Shown piece after piece: positions 37,169-46,067 of a stretch of DNA of 64,000 bases (the stretch's first letter is position 1; each line of letters opens with the position of its first letter). The DNA is from an uncultured Planctomycetia bacterium (lineage in GTDB: Bacteria > Omnitrophota > Gorgyraeia > 2-02-FULL-51-18 > JAGOUK01). Position numbers and translations under genes: made by a program. The stretch lies in contig CAYSFB010000004.1 in NCBI GenBank assembly GCA_964430735.1, positions 168,040 through 232,039 of the forward strand. The letters run 5' to 3'. The notes under the pieces were generated by a model, which was given only the letters and a program-made list of their open reading frames with translations, was not told the DNA's origin and did no database searches.

Positions 37169-38691
37169 TTGCGCGGGTCGAGGCGGCCGGAGTGTTGGGA
37201 ATCGACGCGCTGGCGGTCGAAGCGGAAGTGGATGTGTCGCAGGGTTTGCCGGCCTTCCAAATCGTCGGTCTTCCGGACGCGGCCTGCCGCGAAAGCCAGG
37301 TTCGTGTGTTGTCGGCGATTCGAAATTCGGGCTTTCAGTTCCCGGCCAAAAAGATCACGATCAACCTCGCTCCGGCTGACATTAAGAAGGAGGGCTCCGG
37401 CTTCGATCTGGCGATCGCGATCGGCATTTTGGCGGCGTCCGAACAGATCGGGTCCGATGGGCTGTCGGATTGTGTCTTCTGCGGCGAGCTGGCGCTCGAC
37501 GGCCGGGTGCGCGGGGTTCCGGGCGCGTTGTCCCGGGCGTCGGGATACGCCTCGGGCGGCAAGCGATTTATTTTTCCCTTCGAAAACGAGAGGGAGGTGA
37601 TGTGCGTGGCGACCGCAAGATTGCAGCCGGTCCGGACGCTGTCGGATGCGGTGGAGGCTTTGCGCCTCCCCGGCGGCTCGACGATGCTCCTGTCCGTTCC
37701 GGTAGCGGCGAGCGTCCGGCGTAAACCCAAGGCGGATTTTGCGGATGTCCGGGGCCAGCGGCTGGCGAAGCGCGCATTGGAAGTCGCCTGTGCCGGCGGC
37801 CACAACCTGGTCATGATCGGACCGCCCGGTTCCGGCAAGACGATGCTGGCCAAGCGGATCCCGGGGATTCTGCCGGATCTGAGTTTTGCGGAAGCGGTGG
37901 AAACGACCAAGATCCACAGCGTGGCCGGCTTTTTGAAAAAGCGCGAAGGGCTGATCGCCGTCCCGCCGTTTCGCTCACCGCATCACACTATATCCGATAC
38001 GGCTTTAGTCGGTGGAGGAAGTTATCCGAAGCCGGGCGAAATCAGCCTAGCGCATCACGGCGTGCTGTTTTTGGACGAGCTGCCGGAATTCAAGCGCAGC
38101 GTCCTGGAGGTTCTGCGCCAACCGCTCGAGGAGGGGAAGATCGTCGTGTCGCGCACCGCGACGAGTCTGACGTTTCCGGCCAAGTTCATGCTGGTCGCGG
38201 CGATGAACCCGTGTCCGTGCGGCTATTTTACGGACGAACAGCACGCGTGTTATTGCACGCCGATTCAGATCAAGAATTACCTGGGTCGTGTCTCAGGCCC
38301 GCTCTTGGACCGGATCGACATGCATCTGGAAGTCCGGCGGCTGGGGCTGGGGGATTTTGAAGGCGCGGTCAAAGGCGAGTCGTCCGCCGCCGTCCGGACG
38401 CGGGTGGAGCGGGCGCGGGAGATTCAGGCGGCGCGCTATGTGGGGACGCCGTATGCCCTCAACGCCCAGCTTGAAGGGAAGGACGCGGAGACTTTCTGTG
38501 AGTCCACGGAGGAGGCGGCATCGTTTTTGCGCCGGGCGATGGAGGACTTGGGATTCAGCGGCCGGGCTTTTCATAAAGTCCTCAAAGTAGCCCGTACGCT
38601 GGCAGACTTGGACGCATCGGGACTGATCGCCTTGCCCCATATTCAGGAGGCGGTCCAATATAGGTCGCTTGACAGAAAGGGATGGTATTGA
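37165..38691 (+). CDS. comM: YifB/ComM family Mg-chelatase-like AAA+ ATPase
   Basis: Lon-like N-domain and Walker A GPPGSGKT; ~508 aa. Confidence 0.9.
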   Translation: MIARVEAAGVLGIDALAVEAEVDVSQGLPAFQIVGLPDAACRESQVRVLSAIRNSGFQFPAKKITINLAPADIKKEGSGFDLAIAIGILAASEQIGSDGLSDCVFCGELALDGRVRGVPGALSRASGYASGGKRFIFPFENEREVMCVATARLQPVRTLSDAVEALRLPGGSTMLLSVPVAASVRRKPKADFADVRGQRLAKRALEVACAGGHNLVMIGPPGSGKTMLAKRIPGILPDLSFAEAVETTKIHSVAGFLKKREGLIAVPPFRSPHHTISDTALVGGGSYPKPGEISLAHHGVLFLDELPEFKRSVLEVLRQPLEEGKIVVSRTATSLTFPAKFMLVAAMNPCPCGYFTDEQHACYCTPIQIKNYLGRVSGPLLDRIDMHLEVRRLGLGDFEGAVKGESSAAVRTRVERAREIQAARYVGTPYALNAQLEGKDAETFCESTEEAASFLRRAMEDLGFSGRAFHKVLKVARTLADLDASGLIALPHIQEAVQYRSLDRKGWY

Positions 38692-38697
38692 TATATA
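38669..38697 (+). promoter_or_regulatory. sigma70-like promoter TTGACA-17-TATATA overlapping the comM stop
   Basis: Perfect -35 hexamer and a near-consensus -10, ~45 nt upstream of ATG 38744. Confidence 0.5.
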
Positions 38698-38743
38698 AAC
38701 ACCAAAAACGTTTGATAAATAATCAAATATAGGGGGGCATCGT

Positions 38744-40360
38744 ATGCGATGGGGGATCGCGCTGGGGCTCGTTTTGTGTGCGGAAGCGTTGTGCGGATCG
38801 GAAGTTCGGGCAGAATGGCAGCAGGCCTTTCGGTCGCCTGCGGATAGCAAGATGCATTCGGTTTTGCCGGATGCGATGCATGCCGAGCGAATGCTGGTCG
38901 GGATTGAAGGCGGTGTGCTTGAGACGCGTGACCGGGGGGTCACTTGGAAACGATCGTTGACGGTACCGTCTCACCAGCCGGTTCACGTGCTTTATCAGGA
39001 AGCGGGAACGGCCCGGAGATGGGCAGCGACTCCACGTTCGCTCTACTTCAGTTTGGACGCCGGAAAAAAATGGGAACCGGGCGCCTACTTCCTGGATGGA
39101 GACGAGCGCATCACCGCTTTTTTGGCCGAAGGCCCCTCGCTTTATGTCGGGCATTCGGCAGGGTTGTCGGTTAGTGAAGACGACGGCGCTTCGTGGACGG
39201 AGGTTCGGGAATTTGCCGGCCGGCCCGTGTTCCAGATCGAGCGCTCCGATGACGGACGTATCTGGATCGCTTCGGAGCGGGGCATTTACCGCTCCGCATC
39301 CCCGTCGTCCTGGGAGGCGATGTACCGGCGCGTCACGCTGAATCGATTTGAGTCGGATGCGGATGATGTTCCGGCGCCGGCGGATACGGAAGACCCGGAC
39401 GCATCCGCTGGACCGGCGTCAGCACTTTATTTTTGGTTCGGCCCGGAGCAGACGCTGCAGATTGCCGACGGCGTCCGGCTTTTCCGCCGCGAGACGGGGT
39501 CCGGAGAGATCCGATCCGCCGGCATGCTGCCGGAGCCGCTCATGACGGCTCCCAGGGGGTGGGGCGAGGGAGGCGTCCGCGCCGCACTCGGAACCCGTAG
39601 AAGCGTCGAGTTGTGGGAGTCCTCGCGTCAGGACCGAAGCGAACTCGCCGCCGGCTGGCCTTCGGGAGACGTCCGATTTTTGACCTACGATCCGTCGGAA
39701 GACCGGCTGATCGCGGTTACTTCGAGCGGAGTTTACCGGTACGAGCACCCGGAGTTGAACGGTTATCTCGAAACCCGACTCCAATCGAGCGGATTAAAAT
39801 CACAGGTGCTTCTCGACCAGTTTGAGCATGAGCCGGGGATCCTGGAGCTTCAACAGGCGGCGATGCGCTACGCAGAAGTGCACCCCGAAAAGATCATTGC
39901 CTGGCGTCAAGCCGCCGCGAAGCGCGCGTGGTTGCCGTCGCTCGGCGTCGGACATGACGCGGGCACCGATCAGACGGTGGACATCGATCGCGGCGGAACA
40001 GCCGATCTCGACCGCTTTATCCAGGGGCCTGATGAGCGGGACGAGCAGTGGTCGGTGGACGTCAGTTGGGATTTGGCCGACCTGATCTGGAGCACCGATC
40101 AAACCACGATCGACAACCGGTCCAAGCTCATGGTTCAGCTCAGGGATGACCTCCTGACCCAATTGAATCATTTGTATTATTCCCGCCGGCGCTTGCAGAT
40201 TGAGGGGCTGATCCAGAGCAGCTCCAGTCTGCAGAAAGAGATCGATCGGAGGCTTCAAATCGACGAGTACACGGCCGGAATCGACGCGCTGACGGGTGGG
40301 TATTTCAGCCGTGGATTGGGGCAGACTGTCCGCGTCGATCGAGGACCGGAATGGTCCTGA
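38744..40360 (+). CDS. Secreted BNR/Asp-box repeat (beta-propeller-like) protein with a C-terminal domain of unknown function
   Basis: Signal peptide and Asp-boxes (TRDRGVTW, SLDAGKKW, SEDDGASW). Confidence 0.5.
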   Translation: MRWGIALGLVLCAEALCGSEVRAEWQQAFRSPADSKMHSVLPDAMHAERMLVGIEGGVLETRDRGVTWKRSLTVPSHQPVHVLYQEAGTARRWAATPRSLYFSLDAGKKWEPGAYFLDGDERITAFLAEGPSLYVGHSAGLSVSEDDGASWTEVREFAGRPVFQIERSDDGRIWIASERGIYRSASPSSWEAMYRRVTLNRFESDADDVPAPADTEDPDASAGPASALYFWFGPEQTLQIADGVRLFRRETGSGEIRSAGMLPEPLMTAPRGWGEGGVRAALGTRRSVELWESSRQDRSELAAGWPSGDVRFLTYDPSEDRLIAVTSSGVYRYEHPELNGYLETRLQSSGLKSQVLLDQFEHEPGILELQQAAMRYAEVHPEKIIAWRQAAAKRAWLPSLGVGHDAGTDQTVDIDRGGTADLDRFIQGPDERDEQWSVDVSWDLADLIWSTDQTTIDNRSKLMVQLRDDLLTQLNHLYYSRRRLQIEGLIQSSSSLQKEIDRRLQIDEYTAGIDALTGGYFSRGLGQTVRVDRGPEWS

Positions 40361-40442
40361 TTTTGCTTCCGATTCTGCGTGCAAAAGTCGGGGGATTGAA
40401 TATAATGACCTCCAGATTATTTTTCTGAGAGGAAATGGTTTT

Positions 40443-41531
40443 ATGACTCAAGCCGATATTCACACCCTGCTTCAAACCACGCTGTTCCGCTCCAACACCG
40501 TCCGGGATCTATGCGAAGCCGTCATCGTTTTTGCGGCTTCCATGCTCGTCCTCTGGATCGTGCGGGTGTGGGCGCTGAGACGGCTGCGCAAGATCGCGGC
40601 CCGCACCACCAATCAACTCGACGACATCCTGATCGAGGTCCTCGACAAATCGATTCTCCCGGTTCTGTACGTCGGGTCGATCAATTTTGCGGTGCGGTAT
40701 CTGGATCTTCCCAAAGTCGCCAATCAGACGATCGTGATGCTGTTCAAGATCGTTCTGATCGTCCAGCTCGTGCGGCTGCTCATGTCGGTGCTCACGCACC
40801 TCATTCAGCACTCCTGGATGAAGTCGGCGGCGGCCGGCAGCCTCGCCAGCAAGAGCGCGATTGGACTCATCCGCATCGTCGTCTGGGTCATCGCCTCGAT
40901 TTTCCTCATCGACAACCTCGGCTTTGACGTGAACTCCATCGTCGCCGGCCTTGGAATCGGTGGTGTCGCGGTGGCCCTTGCATCGCAGGCCATTCTGGGC
41001 GATCTGTTCAATTATTTTGTGATCGTTTTTGACAAACCCTTTGTGGAAGGGGATTTTATCGTCGTCGACGACTTCAAGGGCGAAATCGAACGCATCGGAG
41101 TGAAGAGCACGCGGCTGCGCTCGGTCGACGGCGAGCAGCTCATCATTTCTAACACCAATCTGACTTCCAGCCGTGTCCGGAACTTCAAGCGGATGCAGAA
41201 GCGGCGGGCCATGTTCACTCTCGGCGTGGTGTATCAGACTTCACTGTCGACGATGCGCCGGATTCCGGGAATGATCCGTTCGATCATCGAATCGACTCCG
41301 AATACGACCTTCGACCGGGCGCACTTCAAGTCGTTCGGCGATTCGGCCCTCATCGTCGAAGCGGTTTATTTTGTGAATGAGCCGGACTACACGAAGTACA
41401 TGGACGCGCAGCAGGCCGTGAACCTGGCGGTTCTCGAAGCATTTGAAAAAGAGGGGATTGAGTTCGCGTATCCGACACAGACAGTTTACAATTACGGCGA
41501 AATCCCCTCGACGAAGCTCGTAAAAAACTAA
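40443..41531 (+). CDS. Mechanosensitive ion channel (MscS family)
   Basis: N-terminal TM helices, the pore-helix region (GLGIGGVAVALASQ) and a beta-domain. Confidence 0.85.
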   Translation: MTQADIHTLLQTTLFRSNTVRDLCEAVIVFAASMLVLWIVRVWALRRLRKIAARTTNQLDDILIEVLDKSILPVLYVGSINFAVRYLDLPKVANQTIVMLFKIVLIVQLVRLLMSVLTHLIQHSWMKSAAAGSLASKSAIGLIRIVVWVIASIFLIDNLGFDVNSIVAGLGIGGVAVALASQAILGDLFNYFVIVFDKPFVEGDFIVVDDFKGEIERIGVKSTRLRSVDGEQLIISNTNLTSSRVRNFKRMQKRRAMFTLGVVYQTSLSTMRRIPGMIRSIIESTPNTTFDRAHFKSFGDSALIVEAVYFVNEPDYTKYMDAQQAVNLAVLEAFEKEGIEFAYPTQTVYNYGEIPSTKLVKN

Positions 41532-41569
41532 ATTAAGTTCTTTCGATTTAGCCGTCCTCAAAAAAAATC

Positions 41570-41597
41570 TTGACTTCAATGCGTGCAGATTTATACT
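41570..41597 (+). promoter_or_regulatory. sigma70-like promoter TTGACT-16-TATACT for nrdAB
   Basis: Read directly; it would give a ~145-nt 5' UTR. Confidence 0.5.
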
Positions 41598-41623
41598 AAA
41601 TCTAGTCATGCGAAACGCGTCAC

Positions 41624-41641
41624 ACCCAACATATAGTGGTT
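41624..41641 (+). promoter_or_regulatory. Candidate NrdR-box-like element (ACCCAACATATAGTGGTT)
   Basis: Partial dyad around an ATAT centre resembling the NrdR consensus half-site ATATAGTGT; no clear second box. Confidence 0.25.
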
Positions 41642-41749
41642 CTAACCCTCTCAAGGCTTCGAGTACAAATAGTTAACAATTTATGACAAGTGTATCATTC
41701 TTAAGGACTCGCTATCCCCAAAATCAGTCAATCGAGGAGAAATCGCAAC

Positions 41750-44700
41750 ATGTCAACTAACGCCGCCAGCCAAGCCATCCAGGTCCAGAAGCGCAACGGA
41801 CAGCTGGTTCCCTTTAATATGGCCCGCATCGAATCTGCGGTCGCCAACTCCTTCAAGGAGCTCCGCGGCATTCCCCGCGAAACCGACCTGCCGGTTGAGG
41901 TCCAGGCGGATGTAGACAAGATCACGCATTGCGTGGCCGACGTTCTTTTGGACCGCGCGTCCAAGTCCGGCCGTCTCAACGTCGAAGAAATCCAGGACGA
42001 GGTGATCCGCCAGCTGTACGAGAACGGCTCGCGCCAGGTCGCGGAGAGCTATGCCAACTACCGCCGCGAGCACGCCGCCCGCCGCGCCATCTTCGAGCTT
42101 TATCGCACGGTCAAGCGCGACGGCAAGGAAGTTTCTTTCAAGCCCGAAAAGATCACGATCGCCATCGCCAAGGCCTTCCGTGCGGCCTATGACGGCCGGC
42201 TGACGGACGAACACTTGGCGGCCGCGCGCAAGCTCTCGGATCGTGTGGTGTCGGAAGTCCGCGCCAAGTGGCCCCAGGGCGGCGCCGTTTCGATCGAAGA
42301 CATCCAGGATTTGGTTGAGCGCACGCTCATGACCAGCAGCTACTACGAAGTCGCCAAGCGTTACATCGTGTACCGCGAAGAGCGCCGCCGCGAGCGCACG
42401 CTCAAGGCGAAGGGCGAGCCGAAGTTCGATTGGGCCAAGAGCTATCAGATCCGCGGCAACGACGGACAGCTCAAGGAGCTCGATATCGAAGAGCTTGTCT
42501 TCAAGGTCGGCACCGCGTGCAAGGGTCTCGAAGGCGTTTCCGCCGAAAAGATCGTCCGCGAATCGCTGAAGAACTACTTCAACGGCATCACCGAGGCCCA
42601 GGTCGACTTCTCGAACATCCTGGCGTCCCGTTCGCTCATCGAAAAAGAGCCCAATTACAGCATCGTCGCCGCGCGCCTGCTTCTGCTCACGGGTTACCAG
42701 GAAGCGCTCGGCACGCCGGTCAGCTTCGAAAGCATCCGCACGGAATACCCCCGCTACCTCGGTCAGTACATCCGGACGGGCGTTGAGCACGAGCTTCTGA
42801 GTCCGGACCTGCTGAGCTTCGACCTCGACTTTTTGGGCAAACAAATCAAGCCGGAGCGTGACCTGACCTTCCGCTACATGGGACTTCAGACCCTGTACGA
42901 CCGTTATTTCATCCACTGGCAGGACCGCCGCCTCGAGATTCCTCAGGTATTCTGGATGCGCGTCGCGATGGGCTTGGCCAAGCGCGAAGCGAACAAGAAC
43001 GAATGGGCGGTCAAGTTCTACGACACACTGTCCACCTATCGTTTCGTCTCCTCGACCCCGACGCTGTTCAACGCCGGAACCATCCACTCGCAGCTGTCGT
43101 CGTGCTACCTGACCACGATCAAAGACGACCTGAACCACATCTTCAAGTGCATGCAGGACGACGCCATGCTCTCGAAGTGGTCGGGCGGCCTTGGCAATGA
43201 CTGGACCTATGTCCGCGCGATGGGTTCCCGCATCAAGGGCACGAACGGCAAGAGCCAGGGCATCATCCCGTTCCTCAAGGTTGCCAACGACGTCGCCGTC
43301 GCGGTGAACCAGGGCGGCAAGCGCCAGGGCGCGATGTGCGCGTACCTCGAGACGTGGCATCTGGACATTGAAGAATTCCTGGAATTGCGCAAGAACACCG
43401 GTGACGACCGTCGCCGCACCCACGACATGCACACGGCCAACTGGATTCCGGACCTGTTTATGAAGCGTGTGAAGCACAACGGGCCGTGGACGCTGTTCAG
43501 CCCGAGTGACGCGAAGGATTTGCACGACTTGTACGGTCAGGCCTTCGAGCAGCGCTACGAGGAGTATGAAGCGCTCGCGAAGCAGGGGAAGATCCGACAC
43601 AAGACCGTCGAAGCGGTCCAGCTCTGGCGCAAGATGCTCACGATGCTGTTCGAGACCGGCCATCCCTGGATCACCTGGAAAGACCCCTCGAACCTGCGTT
43701 CGCCGCAGGATCACGTCGGCGTCGTCCACAGCTCGAATCTTTGCACGGAGATCCTGCTGAACACCTCGGAAAAAGAAACCGCCGTCTGCAACCTCGGTTC
43801 GGTCAACCTTGCCGAGCACACGAACGCGCGCGGACTGAATCACGAGCTGCTCAAGGAAACGATTCTGGTGGCGGTCCGCATGCTCGACAACGTGATCGAC
43901 ATCAACTACTACCCGACGCAGGAATCCGAGTTCTCGAACCTCCAGCACCGTCCGGTGGGTCTCGGGATCATGGGCTTCCAGGATGCGCTGTACATCCAGA
44001 ACACGAGCTACGCGTCCCAGCAGGCCGTCGAGTTCGCCGACGAAAGCATGGAAGCCATCTCGTATTACGCGATCCTGGCGTCCTCGCAGCTCGCGGCTGA
44101 GCGCGGCGCGTACGGAAGCTATCAGGGTTCCAAGTGGTCGCGCGGCTTGCTGCCCATCGACACCCTGCAGACCCTCGAAGAAGAGCGCGGCGTCCAAGTC
44201 CGCGTCGACCGTTCCGCCCGGATGGACTGGGCCCCGGTTCGCGAGTCCGTGAAGCGTCACGGGATGCGCAACTCCAACGTGATGGCCATCGCGCCGACCG
44301 CGACCATCGCCAACATCGTCGGGGTGACGTCGTCAATCGAGCCGACCTACAAGAACATCTTCGTGAAGAGCAATCTTTCCGGAGAGTTCACGGTCCCCAA
44401 CGAGTACCTCGTCGAAGACCTGAAGCGCCTCAACCTCTGGGACGAGGACATGATCAACGATCTGAAGTACTTCGACGGAAGCGTCCAGGAAATCGGCCGC
44501 ATTCCGCAGCACATCAAGCAGAAGTATCCGACCGCGTTCGAAGTCGACTACGAATGGGTCGTCGAAGCGGCCGCGCGCCGTCAGAAGTGGATCGACATGG
44601 GACAGTCCCTCAACCTGTACCAGGCGTCCACCAGCGGCAAGAAACTCGGCGACATGTACATGCGCTGCTGGGAAGCGGGTCTCAAGACCACGTACTACCT

Positions 44701-44863
44701 GCGTTCGCTCGGTGCCACCCGCATCGAGAAGAGCACGCTGGACGTCAACAAGTACGGGAACGTCCTGGGTCAGAAGAAAGAGGACGTCAAAAAGGAGTAC
44801 ACGGCCGCGGAGAAGCAGCAGTGCAGCATCGAAAAGGGCCCGGACTGCGAAGCCTGCCAGTAA
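41750..44863 (+). CDS. nrdA: Ribonucleoside-diphosphate reductase alpha subunit (class Ia, two N-terminal ATP cones)
   Basis: ATP-cone motifs ([11 protein letters not shown] and [11 protein letters not shown]), a catalytic core with conserved Cys/Asn/Glu blocks, and a C-terminal CxxC. Confidence 0.95.
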   Translation: MSTNAASQAIQVQKRNGQLVPFNMARIESAVANSFKELRGIPRETDLPVEVQADVDKITHCVADVLLDRASKSGRLNVEEIQDEVIRQLYENGSRQVAESYANYRREHAARRAIFELYRTVKRDGKEVSFKPEKITIAIAKAFRAAYDGRLTDEHLAAARKLSDRVVSEVRAKWPQGGAVSIEDIQDLVERTLMTSSYYEVAKRYIVYREERRRERTLKAKGEPKFDWAKSYQIRGNDGQLKELDIEELVFKVGTACKGLEGVSAEKIVRESLKNYFNGITEAQVDFSNILASRSLIEKEPNYSIVAARLLLLTGYQEALGTPVSFESIRTEYPRYLGQYIRTGVEHELLSPDLLSFDLDFLGKQIKPERDLTFRYMGLQTLYDRYFIHWQDRRLEIPQVFWMRVAMGLAKREANKNEWAVKFYDTLSTYRFVSSTPTLFNAGTIHSQLSSCYLTTIKDDLNHIFKCMQDDAMLSKWSGGLGNDWTYVRAMGSRIKGTNGKSQGIIPFLKVANDVAVAVNQGGKRQGAMCAYLETWHLDIEEFLELRKNTGDDRRRTHDMHTANWIPDLFMKRVKHNGPWTLFSPSDAKDLHDLYGQAFEQRYEEYEALAKQGKIRHKTVEAVQLWRKMLTMLFETGHPWITWKDPSNLRSPQDHVGVVHSSNLCTEILLNTSEKETAVCNLGSVNLAEHTNARGLNHELLKETILVAVRMLDNVIDINYYPTQESEFSNLQHRPVGLGIMGFQDALYIQNTSYASQQAVEFADESMEAISYYAILASSQLAAERGAYGSYQGSKWSRGLLPIDTLQTLEEERGVQVRVDRSARMDWAPVRESVKRHGMRNSNVMAIAPTATIANIVGVTSSIEPTYKNIFVKSNLSGEFTVPNEYLVEDLKRLNLWDEDMINDLKYFDGSVQEIGRIPQHIKQKYPTAFEVDYEWVVEAAARRQKWIDMGQSLNLYQASTSGKKLGDMYMRCWEAGLKTTYYLRSLGATRIEKSTLDVNKYGNVLGQKKEDVKKEYTAAEKQQCSIEKGPDCEACQ

Positions 44864-44907
44864 TTTGAAGCATCGGATTTACAGATTCGTTAAAGGGAGA
44901 AATTGAC

Positions 44908-45966
44908 ATGAGCAACATCGCAGGGTTCACCAGCCTCAGAAAAACGACCGACCGCGTCAACTCGGCGGCCAAGAAGATCATCAACAACGACAAGGTCGTG
45001 GACGTCAATCAGCTGATCCCGATCAAGTACAAGTGGGCGTGGCAGTACTACCTCGACGCCTGCGCGAACCACTGGATGCCGCAGGAAATCATGATGCAGC
45101 GCGACATCGAGCAGTGGAACAACCCCAAGGGCTTCACGGACGACGAGCGCCGCATCATCAAGCGCAACCTCGGGTTCTTCTCGACCGCGGATACGATCGT
45201 CGCGAACAACGTCGTGCTCGCAATCTACCGTTATGTCGACAACCCCGAGTGCCGCCAGTACCTGCTGCGCCAGGCGTTTGAAGAGGCGATCCACATCCAC
45301 TCCTACCAGTACATCATCGAGTCGCTGTCCATGGACGACGGCGAAATCTTCAACATGTACCGCGAAGTGGCGACGATCTACGACAAGGACGAGTTCCAGA
45401 TGAAGCTCACCGAGGACATTCTCTCGGACGGCTTCGAGTGCAAGTCGGCCCGCGGCCGTGAGCGGCTGCTGGACAACCTGATCGGTTATTACGCGATCAT
45501 GGAAGGCATCTTCTTCTACAGCGGATTCGTGATGCTGCTGTCGTTCGGACGTCAGAACCGGCTCCCGGGCGCGTGCGAGCAGATCCAGTACATCCTGCGC
45601 GACGAGTCGATGCACATGAACTTCGGTCTCGACATGATCAACGGCATCATCGACGAAAACCCGGATATCTGGACCCCCAAGTTCCAGGCCTCCGTCGTCG
45701 AGAAGATCAAGAAGGCCGTCGAGCTCGAGTACGCCTACGCCAAGGACTGCCTGCCCAACGGCGTGCTCGGTCTCAACTCCGACATGTTCAAGGAATACGT
45801 CCAGTACATCGCCGACCGCCGCCTCGAGAAGCTTCGTCTCCCGCGCGTCTACGGCGCCGAGAACCCGTTCCCGTGGATGAGCGAGATGATCGACCTCAAG
45901 AAGGAAAAGAACTTCTTCGAAACGCGCGTCACCGAGTACCAGACCGGTGGCTCGCTCGAATGGTAG
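44908..45966 (+). CDS. nrdB: Ribonucleoside-diphosphate reductase beta subunit
   Basis: Di-iron ligand blocks ([15 protein letters not shown]); SD AAAGGGAG. Confidence 0.95.
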   Translation: MSNIAGFTSLRKTTDRVNSAAKKIINNDKVVDVNQLIPIKYKWAWQYYLDACANHWMPQEIMMQRDIEQWNNPKGFTDDERRIIKRNLGFFSTADTIVANNVVLAIYRYVDNPECRQYLLRQAFEEAIHIHSYQYIIESLSMDDGEIFNMYREVATIYDKDEFQMKLTEDILSDGFECKSARGRERLLDNLIGYYAIMEGIFFYSGFVMLLSFGRQNRLPGACEQIQYILRDESMHMNFGLDMINGIIDENPDIWTPKFQASVVEKIKKAVELEYAYAKDCLPNGVLGLNSDMFKEYVQYIADRRLEKLRLPRVYGAENPFPWMSEMIDLKKEKNFFETRVTEYQTGGSLEW

Positions 45967-45976
45967 ATTGAAGACG

Positions 45977-46007
45977 GAAGCCGCGCCGGCGCACCCGGCG
46001 CGGCTTC
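45977..46007 (+). terminator. Perfect 13-bp GC hairpin (GAAGCCGCGCCGG-CGCAC-CCGGCGCGGCTTC) without a U-tract; putative terminator or RNA stability element
   Basis: Read directly. Confidence 0.4.
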
Positions 46008-46032
46008 AACCGCTTCGTTCCGGCCAATCTTT

Positions 46033-46062
46033 TTGCTTCTCCCGCCCGCTTCGGTCTATAAT
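46033..46062 (+). promoter_or_regulatory. sigma70-like promoter TTGCTT-18-TATAAT ending 5 nt before the metE ATG (leaderless candidate)
   Basis: Read directly. Confidence 0.4.
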
Positions 46063-46067
46063 TCTTC

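Noticed and set aside
40361-40442. Possible promoter upstream of the MscS gene (TATAAT at 40401-40406)
   Set aside because: The -10 is clear but no acceptable -35 or TG extension is present at the right spacing, so it was left unannotated.
41753-44260. 835-aa minus-strand ORF antisense to nrdA, and a 803-aa ORF (46056-48467) antisense to metE
   Set aside because: nrdA and metE are unambiguous, highly conserved enzymes on the plus strand. The antisense ORFs are composition artefacts.
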